From Actinomycetota bacterium (GTDB lineage Bacteria; Actinomycetota; Acidimicrobiia; Spongiisociales; UBA5794), in contig JAQCAA010000003.1 in NCBI GenBank assembly GCA_027728645.1, forward strand, positions 1 through 41,790: DNA of 41,790 bases, read 5' to 3'. Each line of letters starts with the position of its first letter. Within the stretch, counting starts at the first letter, position 1. Below, piece after piece: positions 30,152 through 41,251 of the stretch. The notes beneath the pieces were generated by a model. That model was not told the DNA's origin, searched no databases, and saw nothing but the letters and a program-made list of their open reading frames with translations. The translations under genes were made by a program, and so were the position numbers.

Positions 30152-31389
30152 GTGACGCTGAGATGCCCCAAGAACCCCCAGCCGAACCCGGTATTCCGGA
30201 GGGCGAACCGCCCGAAGATCGGGCCAGTTCGGAGATGTATCGCCGGGTCACCGGAATTGGCACATCGGCTGGACGGGCGATGGTCGTCCCAGCCCTAGCG
30301 GTTCTCACGGCGCTCATTATCGGAGCGTTCATTATTGCGGTGACGGACGTTGACACGCTCTCTGTGTGGGGGGATGACCCAGCCGAAGCGTTCCGTCTCA
30401 CCGTGTCGGGAATCTTCGATGCCTACCGGGCGTTGCTCGTGGGGTCCGTCGGCTCGCTCGATGCCATCAGCGAAACGCTGTTTGCTGCGGCACCGATGAT
30501 CCTCGCTGGGCTTGCGGTCGCCGTCGGATTCCAAGCAGGGCTGTTCAATATCGGCGTCAACGGTCAAATGCACATCGGTGGCATGGCAGCTCTGTGGGTG
30601 GGCTTCACCTTTGCGATTCCAGCCGTCTTCCATGTGCCGCTTGTCATTGCAGCAGCGATCGCAGGCGGTGCGTTGTGGGCCGCGCTAGCGGGGTTCCTAA
30701 AGGCGAGGACGGGTGCCCACGAAGTCATCACCACCATCATGTTGAACTTCATTGCGCTATTCCTTGTCGACTATCTGTTGAAGTCTTCACTTTTTCAAGC
30801 GCCGGGCCGCAATGACCCGATATCCCAGCCTGCGAACCCAACCTCTGTGTTTGTGACTCTTTTCAGCGATTACCGACTCAATATCGGGTTCATTGTCGCG
30901 CTGCTGGCTGTGGCGTTTGTTTGGTGGCTTATGTACCGAACAACGATTGGGTTTGAGTTCAGGGCTGTTGGCTACAGCCCGTCTGGAGGTCGCTACGCAG
31001 GAATGAGCGTGGCATGGGTTTATGTGTCTGTGATGGCAGTGTCCGGTGCTCTTGCTGGGATCGCAGGTGCGAATCAAGTTGTGGGTCTCGAACCCTATCG
31101 CGGCATTTCGAACTTCGCAGGGAACGTCGGTTTCGATGCAATCGCCCTCGCCCTCCTCGGTAGATCCCATCCGGTTGGAGTGTTGTTTGCCGGGTTGCTC
31201 TTCGGGGGGTTGCGTGCAGGTGGTCGAGAAATGCAAGGAGCTGCAGGAATTCCGATTGATCTTGTGCTCGTGCTTCAGGCTCTGATCATCGTGATGATTG
31301 CGGCCCCCGAACTTGTGCGAGCGATCTATCGCGTCAAGACCCCAGACCAAGAGATAACCACGGTCACCTCGACTGGGTGGGGCGCATGA
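30148..31389 (+). CDS. Nucleoside-type ABC transporter permease 1
   Basis: GLFNIGVNGQ, HEVITTIMLNFIA, GFDAIALALLG. Confidence 0.94.
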   Translation: MSDAEMPQEPPAEPGIPEGEPPEDRASSEMYRRVTGIGTSAGRAMVVPALAVLTALIIGAFIIAVTDVDTLSVWGDDPAEAFRLTVSGIFDAYRALLVGSVGSLDAISETLFAAAPMILAGLAVAVGFQAGLFNIGVNGQMHIGGMAALWVGFTFAIPAVFHVPLVIAAAIAGGALWAALAGFLKARTGAHEVITTIMLNFIALFLVDYLLKSSLFQAPGRNDPISQPANPTSVFVTLFSDYRLNIGFIVALLAVAFVWWLMYRTTIGFEFRAVGYSPSGGRYAGMSVAWVYVSVMAVSGALAGIAGANQVVGLEPYRGISNFAGNVGFDAIALALLGRSHPVGVLFAGLLFGGLRAGGREMQGAAGIPIDLVLVLQALIIVMIAAPELVRAIYRVKTPDQEITTVTSTGWGA

Positions 31390-32663
31390 CAGCGGTATCG
31401 GACGCAAGCGAACAGTTGACCAGCACGAGGGCAACGCCAGCTGAGAAGCGTGCTACTGCTGTCGGCATCGTTCTCGTCTTGCTCGCCGCTTTCACATTCT
31501 GGGCCTTCGGTCTCGACGTTGACAGTGGATTCGAATCGCAATTCAACCTCTCGCTGCCTGGCGCTCGCTACGAGAATCTGTCTTGGGTTGTCGACTCGAG
31601 AGCGGTCGGGTTCATCGTTGCTCTCGTACTCGCGTTCCTCGGCGGGTTCATACTCCGGCGCTCGCACCTCAAGTGGACCAACCTCTCACTATCGGTCGGG
31701 CTCGCGCTCTTTGTGTTTTCCTTCCTTACATGGGCTGCCGCTGATGGAGCGTTCAGCTTCGTTGGAATGCTGACCTCGACCGTTGTGCTGTCGGTACCTG
31801 TGACACTTGGTGCGCTCACAGGTCTGATGTGCGAGCGGGTAGCCGTCATCAACATTGCCATCGAAGGACAGTTGCTTACGTCTGCGTTCGTTGGAACGAT
31901 CGTCGGGTCGGCCGCCGGTATTTGGGTCGGTCTGTTCGCCGCAATGCTGACGGGTGCGCTGCTCGGTGCCGTGCTGGCAGTACTCGCGATCAAATACCGG
32001 ATGGATCAAATCATCGCAGGCGTGGTGATCAATATCTTTGCTCTCGGCCTGACTTCGTTCCTCGCCCGTCGCGTTTTGGCACAGTCCCAAGAATTGAACT
32101 CGCCGGGTCGTTTCGGTTCGGTCAAGATCCCATTTCTCGGCGACATTCCCGTGATTGGCCCGATGTTCTTTGACCACAACATGTTTGTGTACATCACATT
32201 CATCTTGGTCATTGCGCTACATTTCGGACTCTTCTACACGCGATGGGGACTTCGGTCACGCTCAGTCGGCGAGCATCCAAAGGCTGCCGACACAGTCGGA
32301 ATCAACGTATATCGCACGCGGTACCGCAATGTGATTCTTGGAGGCGTCATCGCAGGATTCGGAGGTGGGTTCCTTACGCTCGCTCAGGTCTCGAGATTCG
32401 AAGAGAACCTCACTGCTGGAATCGGGTTCATCGGACTCGCTGCGTTGATCTTCGGGCGATGGCGCCCTCTCGGTGTCCTCGCTGCTGGCCTTGTGTTCGG
32501 CTTCGCGAGAGCTCTTCAGCAGAAACTAGGAATCCTTGGGACGCCGATCCCATCGGAGTTTCTTTCGATGACCCCGTACATTGTGACGATCATCGTCGTC
32601 GCTGGCGTCGTCGGACGAGCCCGCCCACCAGCCGCCGACGGCCAGCCGTATATCAAGGACTAG
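31386..32663 (+). CDS. Nucleoside-type ABC transporter permease 2
   Basis: ERVAVINIAIEG, GLRSRSVGEHPKAADTVGINV, GIGFIGLAALIFGRW, PYIVT, PPAADGQPY. Confidence 0.94.
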   Translation: MTAVSDASEQLTSTRATPAEKRATAVGIVLVLLAAFTFWAFGLDVDSGFESQFNLSLPGARYENLSWVVDSRAVGFIVALVLAFLGGFILRRSHLKWTNLSLSVGLALFVFSFLTWAAADGAFSFVGMLTSTVVLSVPVTLGALTGLMCERVAVINIAIEGQLLTSAFVGTIVGSAAGIWVGLFAAMLTGALLGAVLAVLAIKYRMDQIIAGVVINIFALGLTSFLARRVLAQSQELNSPGRFGSVKIPFLGDIPVIGPMFFDHNMFVYITFILVIALHFGLFYTRWGLRSRSVGEHPKAADTVGINVYRTRYRNVILGGVIAGFGGGFLTLAQVSRFEENLTAGIGFIGLAALIFGRWRPLGVLAAGLVFGFARALQQKLGILGTPIPSEFLSMTPYIVTIIVVAGVVGRARPPAADGQPYIKD

Positions 32664-32907
32664 CGGTCGGTCGCTGCGCGCCCGTGTTCACCGTCTACCG
32701 TTCACCGTCTACAGGCTTCGGGCTTCGCCCGCTGGCTTCGCCAGTGTTGTCGGTTCTGGGGAATCGGGTATCCGCTTCGTAGTCCGTGAACCGATCGCTC
32801 GCTTTGCTCGCTTACCGACCGGAATGGAAGAGGACCGATTCGTCCTAATCGGTTCGTCGGTTATCGGGGTTCGAACAGTCCGTCCTCTGCCCTCTGTCCT
32901 CTGAGAT
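32664..32907. repeat. Mosaic intergenic repeat between convergent genes
   Basis: GGTCGCTGCGCGCCC (32669), GTTCACCGTCTAC twice (32686-32713), inverted 38-bp core (32712-32749), GAGGACCGATTCGTCC (32830), three (T/C)CCTCTG heptamers (32883-32903). Confidence 0.7.
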
Positions 32908-33807
32908 CTAGTTCTCTACTCCGTAGATCTCGATGCCTTGGAGGGCGAGTTCTGTGAACGGAGTCAGCTCTCCTGCCGACTGGGCAAGATATGTCGTGGT
33001 GACTTCAATCCTGAGCTTGAATGTTTGCAGGCTTGCGATCGGGACCCGCTGAGGCTCGTTCGAGTTTTGGAGCCGGCCAGGGATGGTGACGTTGAGGTCG
33101 TTGACCTCAATCTGGTAGCCCTGGATCTTGTAGTTGCGTTTGAAGGCTTCGTCATCCTCAACATTCTGAAAGACAATGTCGGTGATTGCCACCGGCGTAG
33201 CAAAGTTGAATTCGAGCCATGCTCCGACTCCTCGCGCCCCATCGTCGTTCCAGCGGGTGTCGGGGTTCCCATCGATGAGGTTTTCCGGTCGATACGAATC
33301 GCTGAGGAACGAACTCGCGGTCACAGATGACGGCACAAGGAGAACTGCTGGCTGTGGAACAGTGGAGCTTGTCGTTGAACTTGTCTCCGTTGGGTCGGAA
33401 GGGCCTGCTGCCACATCCCCGCCGAAGATGTTCATCATCAGGGCAACGAGGGCCACAAGGAGTACGATCGCCAGGAGGACCCCGAGAGCTCGGCCTCCAG
33501 CAGAAGAGCGTGATGCCGGCGCAGGAGCTATTGGCATCGGATCTGAATTCAATCGTGAGCCACACCGCTCGCAGTGATGGTTGTAGGCAGGGTTGTGGGC
33601 GCCGCATGATGGGCAGGTGACGGCCGCGACGTTCTGATCAGAGGTTGTGACGTGCTGTTGACTCACGGCAAGTTCGCCGGTGTTGTCCGCTGATTGTGCT
33701 CGACCCTTGGGTGGTCTGTCGGTGGTCGATTTGTCGGCAGGGGTGTCTGGAAGGTCGAACCTCTCGAAGAGGTCGTCGAATTGATCGTTGCGGTCATCGC
33801 CTTGCAT
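32908..33807 (-). CDS. Membrane protein: zinc ribbon, TM helix, extracellular discoidin/F5-8-type-like beta-sandwich
   Basis: CPSCGAHN...HCERCG; TM helix ALGVLLAIVLLVALVALMM; ASS...YRPENLIDGNPDTRW...GAWLEFNF; GAGG RBS. Confidence 0.75.
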   Translation of the reverse strand: MQGDDRNDQFDDLFERFDLPDTPADKSTTDRPPKGRAQSADNTGELAVSQQHVTTSDQNVAAVTCPSCGAHNPAYNHHCERCGSRLNSDPMPIAPAPASRSSAGGRALGVLLAIVLLVALVALMMNIFGGDVAAGPSDPTETSSTTSSTVPQPAVLLVPSSVTASSFLSDSYRPENLIDGNPDTRWNDDGARGVGAWLEFNFATPVAITDIVFQNVEDDEAFKRNYKIQGYQIEVNDLNVTIPGRLQNSNEPQRVPIASLQTFKLRIEVTTTYLAQSAGELTPFTELALQGIEIYGVEN

Positions 33808-33875
33808 TGCGGTTCCTCACCGGTGTCTTGCCCTTGAGCCGTGTCTCAGGCCCATTCGCGGGTATTGTGCCACGA

Positions 33876-33995
33876 ATGCCCTTCTTGTCCGAAATACGCA
33901 TCGCTGAACCATGGACCCCCGTCTCGGTGGTCATCGGCGTTGTGCTTCTTGTCGCACTGGTGGGTGGAATCGCATGGTTCATCCGGCGCTCGTGA
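33876..33995 (+). CDS. Small single-TM protein (39 aa), probably leaderless
   Basis: MPFLSEIRIAEPWTPVSVVIGVVLLVALVGGIAWFIRRS; TATTGT 7 nt upstream; fills the gap before radA. Confidence 0.6.
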   Translation: MPFLSEIRIAEPWTPVSVVIGVVLLVALVGGIAWFIRRS

Positions 33996-34026
33996 TTTGT
34001 CACAGTCACATCGTACGGTTCGATTC

Positions 34027-35352
34027 ATGAAAGGTAGCGCCAGAACCACCAAACCGACCTACCTGTGTCAGCAGTGTGGGCACAGGTCCACGAAGTGGAT
34101 GGGGTTCTGCCCCCAATGCCGCTCGCCAGAGGCACTCGCCGAGACGGCACCAGTCCGTTCTGGAGCCGGACAGCCTGGTGACTTCGACGTCGTAGCGGCG
34201 AATGCACCAAGGACCACCGTGAAGGACCGGCACCCGACCGGGATTGGCGAACTGGACAGGGTGCTCGGTGGTGGAATTGTCCCCGGCGCAGCGATTCTTG
34301 TAGGAGGTGAGCCTGGAGTTGGGAAGTCCACGCTGCTCCTTCAGGCCGCAGACCGGATCGCTGAGGCATTCGGGCCTGTGTTGGTTGCGACAGCCGAAGA
34401 GTCAACGCATCAGGTCCAAATGAGGGCCCGACGAGTGGGAGTGCAATCAGGAGACGTTTCGATTGCCTCGATCCACGACGTCGACGAAATCATCGCACTG
34501 GCTACCGACCGGTCACCTGCGGTTGTCATTGTCGATTCGATTCAGACCGTTTCGACCCTCGACACATCGGGTTCGGCAGGTGGTGTTGCTCAAGTGCGTG
34601 ATTCGGCGTCCCGTTTGATCTCGTTTGCAAAGGCGAGCGGGACACCGATCGTCCTTGTCGGTCATGTCACGAAGGATGGCTCGATAGCTGGACCCCGGAC
34701 TCTTGAGCACATGGTCGATGTTGTTCTATACCTCGAAGGCGATGCAGACGTGGGGCTGCGGTTCCTGCGGTCAATCAAGAACCGCTACGGGGCCGTGAAC
34801 GAGGTCGGTGTTTTTGATATGACAGCCGAAGGGCTTGCCGAGGTCCCAGATCCAAGCGGTCTACTGGTTGCTCACCGGGACGAGTCCGCTGCGGGGTCGG
34901 TGCTCTTTCCGACTATCGAGGGCAAACGGCCCGTCGTGGTAGAAATCCAGGCACTCGTTGTGGCTTCGGATGCAGCCCAGCCGCGAAGAAGCGTTACCGG
35001 TCTGCCGCCGAGTCGTGTTCACCAGATCCTCGGGGTTCTGTCTCGGCATGGCGGGTTCCCAATGGCGAAACTCGAGGTGTATGTCGCTGTGATGGGCGGC
35101 ATCAAGGTGACTGAACCGGCAGCCGACCTCCCCGTTGCACTCGCAATCGCATCGGCGCACACACAAATTGCCCTCAATCGAATCTCAGCATGGGGCGAAC
35201 TTGGACTGACGGGAGACATCCGCCCATCATCACGGCCAGCTGTCAGAACCGGAGAGATAGAGCGAATTTCCGCTGGTCCGATCATCTCCCCGTCTACTGG
35301 TTACACGAGGTTGTCCGATGCGCTCGCCTCGGCAGCGGTCTCTCTTGTTTAA
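34027..35352 (+). CDS. radA: DNA repair protein RadA/Sms
   Basis: CQQC...CPQC, GEPGVGKST, VDSIQT, GHVTKDG.IAGP, KNRYG, Lon-like C-terminus; start moved to ATG 34027. Confidence 0.97.
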   Translation: MKGSARTTKPTYLCQQCGHRSTKWMGFCPQCRSPEALAETAPVRSGAGQPGDFDVVAANAPRTTVKDRHPTGIGELDRVLGGGIVPGAAILVGGEPGVGKSTLLLQAADRIAEAFGPVLVATAEESTHQVQMRARRVGVQSGDVSIASIHDVDEIIALATDRSPAVVIVDSIQTVSTLDTSGSAGGVAQVRDSASRLISFAKASGTPIVLVGHVTKDGSIAGPRTLEHMVDVVLYLEGDADVGLRFLRSIKNRYGAVNEVGVFDMTAEGLAEVPDPSGLLVAHRDESAAGSVLFPTIEGKRPVVVEIQALVVASDAAQPRRSVTGLPPSRVHQILGVLSRHGGFPMAKLEVYVAVMGGIKVTEPAADLPVALAIASAHTQIALNRISAWGELGLTGDIRPSSRPAVRTGEIERISAGPIISPSTGYTRLSDALASAAVSLV

Positions 35353-35412
35353 GGCGCGTACCCATCGGGCAACGCCTCACGGACATCGAGAATGCGGCTA
35401 CTCTGAAGGGCC

Positions 35413-36477
35413 ATGATGCCCACTGCAGCTGCACCCCTTCAACTTCTCAGGCGATTTGCGCCAGGTACCCCGTTGCGCACCGCTGCGGAGCTTGTCATGC
35501 AGCAAGGGACGGGGGCGTTGATCCTCTTCGGCTCTGGCCCAACCGTCGAAGCTGTGTGCAGCGGAGGTTTCACGCTATCAAACGCCCCGTACACCGCCCA
35601 ACGGATCGCCGAGCTTGCAAAGATGGACGGCGGGATTGTGGTGAACGACCAAAGCGGCCAAATTCTCCGAGCGAACGTTCACTTCATGCCAGACGCTTCG
35701 ATCGAGACTGCGGAGACGGGAACACGGTTCCGAACAGCCGAACGGTTGTCGAAGCAAACTGGTTGTCCTGTCCTCGCAGTGTCGGAAGAGAGCCATCTCG
35801 TAGCAGTGGTGTTTGGAGGGAACTCTCGGTTCATGCTCCAGTCCACGACGTCCTTACTCGACGAAGCGAATCAGCGCCTTCAGTCTCTTGAACGCCTTCG
35901 GCGCCAGTTTGACGACGCCGTGAGACGGCTCGAACGCTACGAGGTGGATGATCTGGTCTCGTTTCGCGAAGTTGTGAGTGTTATCCAGCGTGCTGCAGTC
36001 ATACGGCTCCTTTCACGAGAGCTTGAACCGATAACGGCCGAACTTGGGGACCAGGCGTCCGTGGTGTCTCTCCAGGCTGGGGATTTGGTGCATGAAGTCG
36101 ATGAGGTTGCCGAGTTGGTGAACATTGACTACCAGAAGCGCAAGCCACGTAAGGGCTCGTCTGTGTACGCACGGCTCGATGCACTTGCAAGAGACGACTT
36201 GTTCGATGCAGCCTCCATCGCTACTGCGCTCGGTTTCGTGCCGATAGAGACTCCAGCTCATCCGAGAGGTGCTCGAGTTCTCGCCAGTGTGCCGCGGCTT
36301 CCCAATTCCGTTGCGGAGGCAATTCTCCAAAAGTTCGGCTCCTATGCACGGCTGAGAGGCGTCTCTGCGGAGGATCTCGCCGCTGTTGGCGGCGTCGGAC
36401 CCATGCGTGCGCAGACCATTCGGGCCTACCTCAGCCGGCTCGAAGAAGTCAGTTTGCTCGGTGATGTCGTCGGCTGA
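35413..36477 (+). CDS. disA: DNA integrity scanning protein DisA (diadenylate cyclase fold, RHR motif changed to RFR)
   Basis: APGTPLR, GALI, ELAKMDGG, ETGTRFRTAER, linker, C-terminal HhH (VGGVG..RA); follows radA. Confidence 0.93.
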   Translation: MMPTAAAPLQLLRRFAPGTPLRTAAELVMQQGTGALILFGSGPTVEAVCSGGFTLSNAPYTAQRIAELAKMDGGIVVNDQSGQILRANVHFMPDASIETAETGTRFRTAERLSKQTGCPVLAVSEESHLVAVVFGGNSRFMLQSTTSLLDEANQRLQSLERLRRQFDDAVRRLERYEVDDLVSFREVVSVIQRAAVIRLLSRELEPITAELGDQASVVSLQAGDLVHEVDEVAELVNIDYQKRKPRKGSSVYARLDALARDDLFDAASIATALGFVPIETPAHPRGARVLASVPRLPNSVAEAILQKFGSYARLRGVSAEDLAAVGGVGPMRAQTIRAYLSRLEEVSLLGDVVG

Positions 36478-36537
36478 CGGCCAACTGACCCCACCCGACC
36501 GATACAATCAAGAATTCTGACCATCTCATGAGGATCT

Positions 36538-37227
36538 GTGGCAACTAAGAAAACCCCTGCACCAAAGGCGACAGCCAAGGCTTCGACCGCAAACGCAAAG
36601 AAGTCTGGCACTTCCGCGGCGAAGAAAGCCTCTGCAAAGGCTGCTGCTGTGAAGAAGGCTCCTTCTGTGAAGAAGGCTCCAGCGAAGAAGAAGCCTGCTG
36701 CGAAGAAGTCGGCACCGGTTACCTACCCGTTCGCCGTGGGGGACAACGTCGTGTATCCGCACCACGGGGCCGCAACGATCATTCAGAAGAAGCGGATCAA
36801 CTTTGCTGGCGAGAAGCGTGACTACTTCATTCTCGAGGTCGCCACCGACCAGCTGATTATCCAGGTCCCTGCTGAAAACGCTCTTGAGCGTGGTGTAAGA
36901 CCTGTGATTTCACGGAGCAAGGCACAGCAGGTGTTCGCAACGTTCAAGGACGAGCCGCAAGAGGCGGGCTCGAACTGGAGCCGTTGGTACAAGCTACTCA
37001 CGGAGAAGATCAACTCCGGCGACATCTTCCAGGTTGCTGAAGTTGTGCGCGATCTCACACATACACAGCAGGTCAAGGGGATTTCGCCGGCCCTTAAGCG
37101 GATGCTCGCAAAGGCAAGACTCATCATTGTGTCTGAATTGCGGTTCTCGCTGGTTCTCAGCGAGGAAGACGCTATCAAGAAGCTCGACCGGGCTCTGCCA
37201 AAGGTCGAGGTGCCAGAAGACGCTTGA
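36538..37227 (+). CDS. carD: CarD family transcriptional regulator with a Lys/Ala-rich N-terminal extension
   Basis: FAVGDNVVYPHHGAA, NWSR (wedge Trp), SGDIFQVAEVVRDL, KRMLAKAR; carD-ispD-ispF synteny. Confidence 0.93.
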   Translation: MATKKTPAPKATAKASTANAKKSGTSAAKKASAKAAAVKKAPSVKKAPAKKKPAAKKSAPVTYPFAVGDNVVYPHHGAATIIQKKRINFAGEKRDYFILEVATDQLIIQVPAENALERGVRPVISRSKAQQVFATFKDEPQEAGSNWSRWYKLLTEKINSGDIFQVAEVVRDLTHTQQVKGISPALKRMLAKARLIIVSELRFSLVLSEEDAIKKLDRALPKVEVPEDA

Positions 37228-37249
37228 TGCACCAGCCGAGGCGCCACCA

Positions 37250-37876
37250 ATGAAGGTGTGGGCCATCGTGGTTGCTGGTGGCTCTGGTTCACGGTTCGGG
37301 GGACCGAAACACGCAGTCCTGCTTGGTGGTGTTCCGCTGTGGCGTCGGTGCGTGCAAACTCTTGAGGCAGCCGGCCTTGAAACTGTCGTGGTGGTTGGTG
37401 ATGTCCCCGGTGGGCTGCCAGGAGGATTGCGCCGACGGGACTCGGTTTCCGCAGGTCTCTCCGTTGTCCCAGACACTGTCGAGTGGGTCCTCGTTCACGA
37501 TGCCGCAAGGCCGTTGGTCTCGATCAAACTCGTTGAACGAGTGATAGAAGCAGCGTCTTCAGCGACTGCGGATGCCGTCATTCCTGTATCGCGTGTCACC
37601 GATACGCTCAAGATTGTTGATGGAGACACCGTGATGGGGACCGTGGACCGTAGTGCACTGGTCGCAGTTCAGACACCGCAGGCGTTCCGCACCACAAAGC
37701 TGAAGAAGGCCCACCTCCGCGATCTCGATGACGACGTCACCGATGACGCCGGGTTGATCGAGCGGGAAGGGGGTATTGTGATGACGGTGCCCGGAGAAGT
37801 AACCAATATCAAGATCACATTCGACGGCGACCTCGAACTGGCCGAGGCATTGTTGGGGAGGCTGCAACTTGAGTGA
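37250..37876 (+). CDS. ispD: 2-C-methyl-D-erythritol 4-phosphate cytidylyltransferase
   Basis: AGGSGSRFG..K, GG.RR.DSV, VLVHDAARP, QTPQAF, TDDA, NIKIT. Confidence 0.95.
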   Translation: MKVWAIVVAGGSGSRFGGPKHAVLLGGVPLWRRCVQTLEAAGLETVVVVGDVPGGLPGGLRRRDSVSAGLSVVPDTVEWVLVHDAARPLVSIKLVERVIEAASSATADAVIPVSRVTDTLKIVDGDTVMGTVDRSALVAVQTPQAFRTTKLKKAHLRDLDDDVTDDAGLIEREGGIVMTVPGEVTNIKITFDGDLELAEALLGRLQLE

Positions 37877-38348
37877 TGTGCGCACGGGGTTTGGGTACGA
37901 CGCACATGCCTTCGGCGGGGAAGGCCCAGTGGTTCTCTGTGGCGTGGCGATAGCGCACCCGACTGGAGTGATCGGCACTTCGGATGCGGACGTCTCGGCC
38001 CATGCCGTGTGTGATGCGCTGCTCGGTGCTGTGGCGCTTGGCGATCTAGGACTCCACTTTCCGAGTGTTGCTGAGAGTTCGCTGGACGCGGACTCTCTCG
38101 AAATGCTTACGACCTGTGCCGACATGGTGAGATCTGAGGGGTATTCGATATCGAGTGTTGACGTGACGATCATCGCGCAAGAGGTGCAAGTGAACCCTCA
38201 CAGAGACCTGATGCGCACGAACATCGCTGTCGCTGCCTCGATGCCGATTGAGCGGGTATCGGTGAAGGCAACGACCACGGATCATCTCGGCTGGATTGGA
38301 AGAAGCGAGGGCCTCGCCGCCCATGCGGTGGTAACGGTGAGTCGCTGA
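37869..38348 (+). CDS. ispF: 2-C-methyl-D-erythritol 2,4-cyclodiphosphate synthase
   Basis: RTGFGYDAH, SDADV..HA.CDALLGA, GDLG.HFP, SVKATTTD.LG..GR.EG. Confidence 0.95.
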   Translation: MSDVRTGFGYDAHAFGGEGPVVLCGVAIAHPTGVIGTSDADVSAHAVCDALLGAVALGDLGLHFPSVAESSLDADSLEMLTTCADMVRSEGYSISSVDVTIIAQEVQVNPHRDLMRTNIAVAASMPIERVSVKATTTDHLGWIGRSEGLAAHAVVTVSR

Positions 38349-38349
38349 G

Positions 38350-39078
38350 CTACAGCGCGTCGATGACTGCTCGCCCGACTGCTGGATCGTTGGTGACCAC
38401 AGCAACCACTCCTGCTTGAAACAGATCGGCGATCTCATCTGGGTCGTCAACCGTCCACACCACAACCTTCAGACCTGCCCTATTCGCCCTTTTCACGGTC
38501 CTGCTTGGATTCTTGAGAAGGTGTGTCCGTGGGAGATGAACGGCATGATGTCTTGCCGTCTTGGCCCACCGGATGGCCACCCAATCGGGAGTCGGGTCAG
38601 TGACAAGAAGTCCCCGCAGGACGTCTGGGGACACGACACCCGCTCGACGGACAGATGACGGGTCAAAAGACGACAGCAGAATCCTTTTGAGATCGTCTCG
38701 ATTCTCGAGCTCAGCAATGGTTTGGTCGACGATGCCCCGACTTGAATCGAACCCGGGTTCGCCTCGATGGTTCTTGATCTCGCCGTTGACGTACATCGAC
38801 CCCGGAATGGCCGCCAGTCCTTCGGCGAGGGTGGCGATCAAGGGGTCGGCCTCTCGAATCTCATGATACGTCCGCTCCGACAGCGGTCCGAGGGCAGGGT
38901 GGCTCGCATCGTGAGCCAAGATAAGTCTCCCATCGGAAGTACGCCTGACATCGAGTTCGATCCCATCCGCCCCGGCCTCGGCCGCGAGCGTAAACGCCTC
39001 GATTGAATTGCCTCGAGCGTGTGCGAAGTCGCCCCGGTGAGCGTAGATAAAGGGACCGGGGTCGAGTGGGGTTGGCAT
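38350..39078 (-). CDS. Glycerophosphodiester phosphodiesterase
   Basis: AHRG, GADGIELDV, AHD, EIK, LSSFD, VWTVDD, GV...TNDP; start moved to ATG 39078. Confidence 0.92.
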   Translation of the reverse strand: MPTPLDPGPFIYAHRGDFAHARGNSIEAFTLAAEAGADGIELDVRRTSDGRLILAHDASHPALGPLSERTYHEIREADPLIATLAEGLAAIPGSMYVNGEIKNHRGEPGFDSSRGIVDQTIAELENRDDLKRILLSSFDPSSVRRAGVVSPDVLRGLLVTDPTPDWVAIRWAKTARHHAVHLPRTHLLKNPSRTVKRANRAGLKVVVWTVDDPDEIADLFQAGVVAVVTNDPAVGRAVIDAL

Positions 39079-39137
39079 TTCACGTCGCACAGTAACCGAT
39101 GTGGTCTGTGCGCTGAGGTGTCGGGTACCATCCCGCC

Positions 39138-40503
<1,366 letters not shown>

Positions 40504-40529
<26 letters not shown>

Positions 40530-41244
40530 TCTCGAAGGCTTCCATTCGGTAAGGGCGGCGCTCACCGCTGGGCGAGTTAGAACAATTTCAGTTGAACGCA
40601 ACCGTGTCCGGCATGCTGAAGTGGTTGAACTGGTTGAGGATGCGAGAGCGCGTGGAGTCAGGGTCGAACTCGTCGATGACGTGAGAGATCGAGCCGTGAC
40701 TGGGGCGCCGCAGGGAATTGTTGCGACCGCCGATTCACTCCCAACGATGTCGTTGAAAGAGGCTGTTGCCAGTTCGGACAATCCGGCGCTTCTCGTCGTC
40801 GACCACGTTGAAGATCCGCGCAATATCGGAGCCGCCGCGAGGTCCGCGGTCGCTTCTGGGATGACAGGCATTGTTGTATCGCGTAACCGATCGGCCCCTC
40901 TCGGAGCCACTGCGTTCAAAGCTGCTGTTGGGGCGTTCGAAGTGTTGCCGGTGGTCATGGTGTCATCTGTTGCTGACGCCCTCAAGCGACTGAACCAGCT
41001 CGGACTGTGGTGTGTCGGACTCGACGGATCTGGTGATCGCTCGATTCTTGGACTTGAACTTCTTGCACAGCCCGTTGCCGTGTGTGTTGGTGCTGAAGGC
41101 TCGGGGCTGTCCCGCCTGGCTGCGGAGCGCTGTGATGTCATCGCAAGCATCCCGATGATTGGACCGGCGGAGAGTCTGAATTCATCCGTTGCGAGCGCGC
41201 TCGCGTGTTACGAGGTTGCTCGCGTCCGGGGTTGGGTATCCTGA
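40504..41244 (+). CDS. rlmB: 23S rRNA (guanosine-2'-O)-methyltransferase RlmB (TrmH family)
   Basis: DHVEDPRNIGA..RSA, VGAEGSGL, SIPM.G..ESLN.SVA; follows cysS. Confidence 0.92.
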
Positions 41245-41251
41245 CGACTTC

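Noticed and set aside
35623-35634. DisA DGG instead of DGA as a sign of inactivation
   Set aside because: The catalytic Asp is retained, and DGG occurs in other actinobacterial DisA proteins as far as I recall; only the RFR change is flagged
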